Shown here: positions 59,170-64,000 of the stretch, piece by piece
Position numbering within the stretch: the stretch's first letter is position 1
How the letters are laid out: the number at the start of each line of letters is the position of its first letter
NCBI GenBank assembly: GCA_964350985.1
Contig: CAYGLK010000001.1
Span: forward strand, 292,528 to 356,527
Source of the DNA: an uncultured Candidatus Saccharibacteria bacterium
Lineage (GTDB): Bacteria; Patescibacteriota; Minisyncoccia; Phycocordibacterales; UBA918
Reading direction: 5' to 3'
Length of the DNA: 64,000 bases
Notes under the pieces: model-generated
Told to the model about the DNA's origin: nothing
What the model saw: only the letters and a program-made list of their open reading frames with translations
Database searches by the model: none
Made by a program: the position numbers and the translations under genes

Positions 59170-60378
59170 CTATTCGTAACGAATAGCGTCCAATGGATTA
59201 AGGGTAGCTGCTCTTCTGGCTGGAAAAACTCCAGTCAGGTATCCAACGGCGGCGGAAAAAACTGCAATAAAGAGTAAGAATAATAGAGGGAAAGAAAAGA
59301 GTGTTACAGCCTGTCCGCCAAATTGTCCAGCGACAATGTTCAAAAATATATTGACTGTTACTCCAAAAACCACACCCATAGCAATACCGGTTACTCCTCC
59401 CATAAAACCTACTACTACTGATTCGGAGACGAAGAGATACTTAACGTCATTGGGTGACGCACCAATTGTACGCATAATTCCAATTTCCTTAGTACGCTCA
59501 AGTAGCGTAACTGTCATGGTATTAAACATCCCAATAGCTGATACAAGCAAAGCAATTCCACCAAAGGTCGCTAAAACTGCTTGAATACCCTGGAAGATTT
59601 TTGATGCCTGTTCTACTGTTTTAGAAAGGGCTGTCACTCGATAGCCAGCCTCGATTAGTCGCTCTTCCACGATTGGTAGATTTTGATTACTGTCGACTCG
59701 AACTTGAATTCTTTCATACTCTTCAACTCCAACATGTTCTCTTAGTTCCGGAAGCATCATCAACGCATTTAGAACTCCTTCTTCTTTTGTAATTCCTCTA
59801 ACTGTATATTCTTTATCTATTGGTAACTCTAGAGTTGCTTCAGTTCCATCATCAGCTGGAACCAAGAGTCTGAAAGAAACCTTTTGACCAACAAAAGATT
59901 CTGCATCATCAACACCGAACAACTTCAATACGGCCGGCGAAAGCATAATTGTATTCGTGTCTCCTCCATCTTCGCTTCCGAAGACATCTCCTTCAGTGGC
60001 TGTAATACCAGCATAGCGAAGGTAAGGCGGCTCAACTCCTTGGATGAAGACATTCCCAGTCAATCCTTTATAAGTGACCAAAGCCGGAAAACGAGCTAGT
60101 GGCGAGGCGTCCAACACTTCTTCATATTTTTTAAATGTATCAACTGTTTCAGCCGTCAGTTTTAAATTTTGGGCACCAGTTGAAGATACCCCTAAAGAGA
60201 GTAGGGTTTCTCCGAACACAATTTGTTCTAGGATAATTTGCTGAAGTCCAAAACCAAGACCTACCAAAACCACGACAGCACCCGTACCTACACCCATACC
60301 TAAAATAGTCAGCCAGGTTCGTAGCGGATTTGTTTTAAACATTCTGGTTGAAAGTTGTGCTAAGTCTTGTACTCGCAT
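59170..60378 (-). CDS. ABC transporter permease, MacB/FtsX family
   Basis: RTWLTILGMGVG, large extracellular domain, IGMFNTM...LERTKEIGIMR.IGA, G.FPARRAA.LNPLDAIRYE. Confidence 0.92.
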   Translation of the reverse strand: MRVQDLAQLSTRMFKTNPLRTWLTILGMGVGTGAVVVLVGLGFGLQQIILEQIVFGETLLSLGVSSTGAQNLKLTAETVDTFKKYEEVLDASPLARFPALVTYKGLTGNVFIQGVEPPYLRYAGITATEGDVFGSEDGGDTNTIMLSPAVLKLFGVDDAESFVGQKVSFRLLVPADDGTEATLELPIDKEYTVRGITKEEGVLNALMMLPELREHVGVEEYERIQVRVDSNQNLPIVEERLIEAGYRVTALSKTVEQASKIFQGIQAVLATFGGIALLVSAIGMFNTMTVTLLERTKEIGIMRTIGASPNDVKYLFVSESVVVGFMGGVTGIAMGVVFGVTVNIFLNIVAGQFGGQAVTLFSFPLLFLLFIAVFSAAVGYLTGVFPARRAATLNPLDAIRYE

Positions 60379-60630
60379 TAAATGAAATAATGAGCGTAGC
60401 GATTATATTGAATTTAGTTCCGAATTTTCTCAATTCCTAGAGAAAATTCCTGGAACGACCAAACGCCCATGTTAAGCATAATTGTAGCATTGAAACAAAA
60501 TTTAAATGAAAGCTATTCACTATTAAGTAGAGTATACTTCTATACTGCGAGTTCCAGGAGTTTGGCCTAGGAAAGGGCCAAACTCGGAACAAAATTCACA
60601 ATATGCCCTCTGGGCATTTGTTTATTTTTA
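60378..60630. repeat. Two further copies (inverted to each other) of the 54.7-55.0 kb hairpin element
   Basis: 60378-60456 reads TTAAATGA..GAGCGTAGCGA..GAATTTAGTTCC-[hairpin]-CTGGAAC. 60541-60630 is a reverse copy sharing CCTGGAACTCGCAGTATA with 54753-54770. Confidence 0.82.
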
Positions 60631-61950
60631 ACTCTTGTAACTTACGTCGACACCTTGAGCAATTATTTTTTCAAAGTACCTGGTTAGTTCGTCGGCTTCT
60701 TTTGGATCTAGTGAAAGTCCACCAGATTTTAATCCCTTGCAAAGTCTTTCGTTAAACTGGTCTTCTTCAATCACTCCAGTCACACGGTCAGCAATCATTT
60801 CAATCAAATTCTCATTTTGGTCTTTGCTTAGTTTGATTCTATTTGCCTGCAATAAATGATCTTTTAGACGTTCAGCTAACTTATGCTGACTAAAGAAAAT
60901 ATCGTCATTATCTTTTTTGGCTCTAAATCTTCTAATGTCATCCGCTTGATGAATTAGTTTTTCTGAAGTGGCAGCCATCTTTCTTGCTTCTGGTTCAGAC
61001 ATCTCTACTCCTCCCCTCTCCATTTTTAGAATCAGTGCTCTAATAAAAGTATCGCGATCAATTTTTCCTTTAATAAATAATTCTACTGCATGTTCCAGTC
61101 TAACTAATTGGTCGTAGGTGTATTGTTGAGTCAAAAAATTGACCATACTTTTTACACGCAAAGTATCTACAGAGTCGTATGGAAAAAGTCGAGCCAGCTG
61201 TTCGAGTTCAGTTACGATTGTTTCCCCTTCTCTAACTGGTTTAATTTGTTTTCGTTGCGGGTTCACAACTTCTCGTACTACAAAACCATCTTTAAGGTAG
61301 TAAACTCTATGAGCATAACTTAAGTGAGCCGCGTTGTGAGACACCATAATAATAGTCCGTCTATCGAAGGTGTTAATCTCATCAATCTTATCCATTACTT
61401 GTTGAGTAGACACTGAGTCCAAGTTTCCAGTTGGTTCATCCGCTAAAAGAATTTTGGGATCATTAACCATCGACCTAGCTACCGACACACGTTGCTGCTG
61501 ACCTCCTGAAAGCATGGCTGGTATCTTGTGTGACACATGTCCCACTCCAAAACGATCTAAAAGTGACTGCGCTCTTCTCTCTCTAGTTGTACGATCCGCG
61601 TCACAAAAAATCATCGGGAGAGCAACGTTGTCGAGCACTGAAAGAGAACCAATTAGGTTAAAAGACTGGAAAATAATTCCCATCACGTATCGTTGGAAAT
61701 AAACTCGCTCACTTGGTGGATAAGAGTAGATGTCGTCCCCACGAATTAAAAGAGTCCCTTCTCCAGGAGGTAGAGATCCTTGAATAGAATACATCAGTGT
61801 CGATTTACCTGAACCTGAGGCACCAAAAAGAATAATATACTCACCTTCATAGATGTCAGTATTTACCCCTTGAAGAGCCTTAAATTCATTTGACTTACCT
61901 TGATTGTAAATGATTGAAAGATCTCTACAGACAATAAGCGGTTTGGCCAT
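60628..61950 (-). CDS. ABC transporter ATP-binding protein (MacB/LolD-like) with ~200-aa C-terminal extension
   Basis: GASGSGKST, IFQSFNL, LSGGQQQRV, LLADEPTGNLD, VSH. Confidence 0.92.
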   Translation of the reverse strand: MAKPLIVCRDLSIIYNQGKSNEFKALQGVNTDIYEGEYIILFGASGSGKSTLMYSIQGSLPPGEGTLLIRGDDIYSYPPSERVYFQRYVMGIIFQSFNLIGSLSVLDNVALPMIFCDADRTTRERRAQSLLDRFGVGHVSHKIPAMLSGGQQQRVSVARSMVNDPKILLADEPTGNLDSVSTQQVMDKIDEINTFDRRTIIMVSHNAAHLSYAHRVYYLKDGFVVREVVNPQRKQIKPVREGETIVTELEQLARLFPYDSVDTLRVKSMVNFLTQQYTYDQLVRLEHAVELFIKGKIDRDTFIRALILKMERGGVEMSEPEARKMAATSEKLIHQADDIRRFRAKKDNDDIFFSQHKLAERLKDHLLQANRIKLSKDQNENLIEMIADRVTGVIEEDQFNERLCKGLKSGGLSLDPKEADELTRYFEKIIAQGVDVSYKS

Positions 61951-62012
61951 ATTATTTTATATTATGACATTACTTAGAGCTTGAACTAACGTCTCCTATC
62001 CCCACTTCACTT

Positions 62013-63494
62013 CTAGACTCCAATATTCTTCACCCAACCAAATGTACTCTGGAAGTTTTCTAGAATCAGGTCAATAATATTTTTTTCTTGGATTGGAGTA
62101 AAGAGTACAAAGTTTTCTGATTGAATCTTGTTTCCAGCTTCGTCTTCGCAGTTTAACCAAAACTGATAAACAGTAGCAGGAGCAAAATCAATCACCACTT
62201 CCACATGTCTAGTATTGTATTCGACTCTTTCTTTTTCTCTAACAGTTGGTTCTGTTCCACCAGCCACTCCTTCACGGTAAGTCATCAAACAAGCAGCTGG
62301 TTCATCAGTGGCCCATTCAATAATAGTTTGAATACGTGACTCTCCTCCTGGGAACAAAGTTGATTCATTAGTAACGTTAGTAATAATTGGGGCTGCAATA
62401 TCGCGGACTGTAATAAATTGGATCGGCTGACTGCGAACTCTATCTCCACCAGAGTTTTCAGAAATCACGAAAGCGACATATCTAGTTCCTAAAGTTAGAT
62501 CAGCTAACCTCATCTGGTGAGAAGTAGCTAGAGTTGGACGTCCAACTGAGTTTTGTGAACCGGTTGTTTGATCTTGATATTCGATCAAAGCTTTTGCTGG
62601 CACTGTTGTGTCCCAAGCTAGAGTAGCTGCATTCTCTTCAACTTTTAAGACGCGTAAGTTTTTAATTTCAGGCAAAGATGCTTTGGTAACAAAAGTAAAG
62701 TTTCGACTTTCTCCCTCTATCCCATACTCATCTTCAGATTTAACCTTAAAGCTATACTCAGTAAAAGCCTCGAGACCAATCAATCTAATTTCATGTTCAG
62801 TTGTTGCTCCAGCTGTTGAAGACTGAGAAAAGGCATAGTCACTTCCATTGAAACCTCTTGTTGCTGAAAAGACTACTTCGGAAGTCGCTTCACGATCTGT
62901 TGTCCATTTTATTAACGCACTATTTGTTTCTGGAATAACTGTTGGTGGACCAATAATAGTTAGGTCTTCAGTAATACCTTGAATCGCTTTTACAACTTCA
63001 TTTAATATTTCTTTCAGTTGTTGCGGATCTGTAATTTCATTAATTTCCTCCACAATTTCTTCTACAGTAGTTGACTGGACAGACACCGTTGTTGAATCTG
63101 AATCTGATTCCCCGTCTCCAGTCTGAGGTGTCCCGCTTGTCTGTACTTTATAGTCAGCTGAAATACCTTGGTTACCATCCTCGTCAGCAGAAATCACTCG
63201 AAAATAATAAATCCTTCCTGGATCTAAATTCTCCAAAGTAACTGAGTGACTTCTTCTTTCCGGGACCGGAATACGGACGATACCCAAGTTTGGTTGTAGG
63301 CCGTAATTAACAAAAGAGTCTGCGTCTTTGTCAGTGTCCCAAGTAACTGTCATTTCTGTTTCAGTCACTTCAATAACTTGTACGTTTGTAATAATAGGTG
63401 GATCTGTGGACTGAGCTACAACTTCATAGGGCAACAATGAAACAAAAATACTTAAAGCAATACTGGCAGATAATATTTTTTTTAGCGGGAACAT
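62013..63494 (-). CDS. Secreted fibronectin type III repeat protein
   Basis: Signal peptide and four modules W.T...A...V.Y.....H...L..L.....Y...V...D..G. Confidence 0.8.
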   Translation of the reverse strand: MFPLKKILSASIALSIFVSLLPYEVVAQSTDPPIITNVQVIEVTETEMTVTWDTDKDADSFVNYGLQPNLGIVRIPVPERRSHSVTLENLDPGRIYYFRVISADEDGNQGISADYKVQTSGTPQTGDGESDSDSTTVSVQSTTVEEIVEEINEITDPQQLKEILNEVVKAIQGITEDLTIIGPPTVIPETNSALIKWTTDREATSEVVFSATRGFNGSDYAFSQSSTAGATTEHEIRLIGLEAFTEYSFKVKSEDEYGIEGESRNFTFVTKASLPEIKNLRVLKVEENAATLAWDTTVPAKALIEYQDQTTGSQNSVGRPTLATSHQMRLADLTLGTRYVAFVISENSGGDRVRSQPIQFITVRDIAAPIITNVTNESTLFPGGESRIQTIIEWATDEPAACLMTYREGVAGGTEPTVREKERVEYNTRHVEVVIDFAPATVYQFWLNCEDEAGNKIQSENFVLFTPIQEKNIIDLILENFQSTFGWVKNIGV

Positions 63495-63514
63495 AACGAT
63501 TTTATAATAACACT

Positions 63515-64000
63515 TTAATCAACTCCAATCGCAGTGAAGATGTTAGTACCGAAGTGAGCTGCGTTACTGGCTGAGAACGGAATCGCAATTCCCCAATAAA
63601 CATCTGTCTCAACGGGCGGTGTTTCAATACTCGGTTTGGTAAGGTTTATATCAAGACTCACCGGTGTTGAAGTAGACAGATCCTGACAAGTAACACATGA
63701 ACTGTATGTGAAAGTTGAAGTAGCCACTTTTTGATTATCAGCAGTAATTACTGAACTTGATCCATCACTTAAATCATTTCCCTCAATATCAACATCAATT
63801 GGAACATTACCGAGATTAGTAATAGTAGTAGCAGGGTTAAATGATCCGGTGTTAGAGTTTGCTTCTATAGCACCGTAGTCGATCAATGAATCAACGTTCA
63901 GGGCTCGAAGTGTAATAAGTTCTACTCCTGGTGCTGAAGCAAAATCATAACCACCACTAAAGTCTGAGGCTTCCGCATAAGCTAGCCACTCTTCTCCTTC
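63515..64000 (-). CDS. C-terminal part of a secreted protein paralogous to 57208..59073 (partial, start beyond window)
   Basis: Frame is open to 64000 (EGEEWLAYAEASDFSGG...LIDYGAIE...GNV...VYWGIAIP...HFGTNIFTAI). Confidence 0.75.
   Translation of the reverse strand, partial: EGEEWLAYAEASDFSGGYDFASAPGVELITLRALNVDSLIDYGAIEANSNTGSFNPATTITNLGNVPIDVDIEGNDLSDGSSSVITADNQKVATSTFTYSSCVTCQDLSTSTPVSLDINLTKPSIETPPVETDVYWGIAIPFSASNAAHFGTNIFTAIGVD

Noticed and set aside
1325-62826. Numerous 60-210-aa antisense or nested ORFs (e.g. 5873..6355, 11801..12181, 30286..30801, 46608..47234)
   Set aside because: They are shadows of well-supported genes on the opposite strand or in another frame, mostly with non-ATG starts and no motifs.
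1-64000. Alternative genetic code (UGA=Gly, as in Gracilibacteria/Absconditabacteria)
   Set aside because: Conserved genes translate full length under the standard bacterial code with no internal TGA breaks.

Overview
AT-rich bacterial chromosomal segment read with the standard bacterial code, with most genes on the minus strand. Gene content, very short promoter-to-ATG distances and many T/S-rich secreted proteins suggest a Patescibacteria (CPR, Parcubacteria-like) genome; this is an inference, not a database result. The left ~37 kb holds housekeeping and envelope genes: leuS with an in-frame NUDIX insertion, ychF, mltG, an RND pair, PMM/PGM, tRNA-Ala(TGC), a divergent ddl, uvrC/uvrA/uvrB, tgt, FKBP, CapA-like, AI-2E, GDH and a Cys-less TlpA-like protein. 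The right ~26 kb (37991 to the window end) is one co-oriented cell-surface locus. It encodes three DUF916/DUF3324-like membrane-anchored paralogues, two pairs of secreted proteins sharing WxL/pilin-like C-terminal domains (one is a 2056-aa repeat adhesin), three cohesin-like and two dockerin-like proteins, an Fn3-repeat protein and a MacB/FtsX-type ABC pair. Non-coding highlights are two ~125-bp-period hairpin arrays: one behind tRNA-Ala, and one in which the two complete units each carry a synonymous variant of the adjacent gene's last four codons plus stop. There is also a highly structured ~210-nt leader on the putative major surface subunit, and palindromes shared between two loci 32 kb apart. 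No cas, integrase, transposase or reverse transcriptase gene was recognised. All family assignments come from motif recognition by eye, not from searches.
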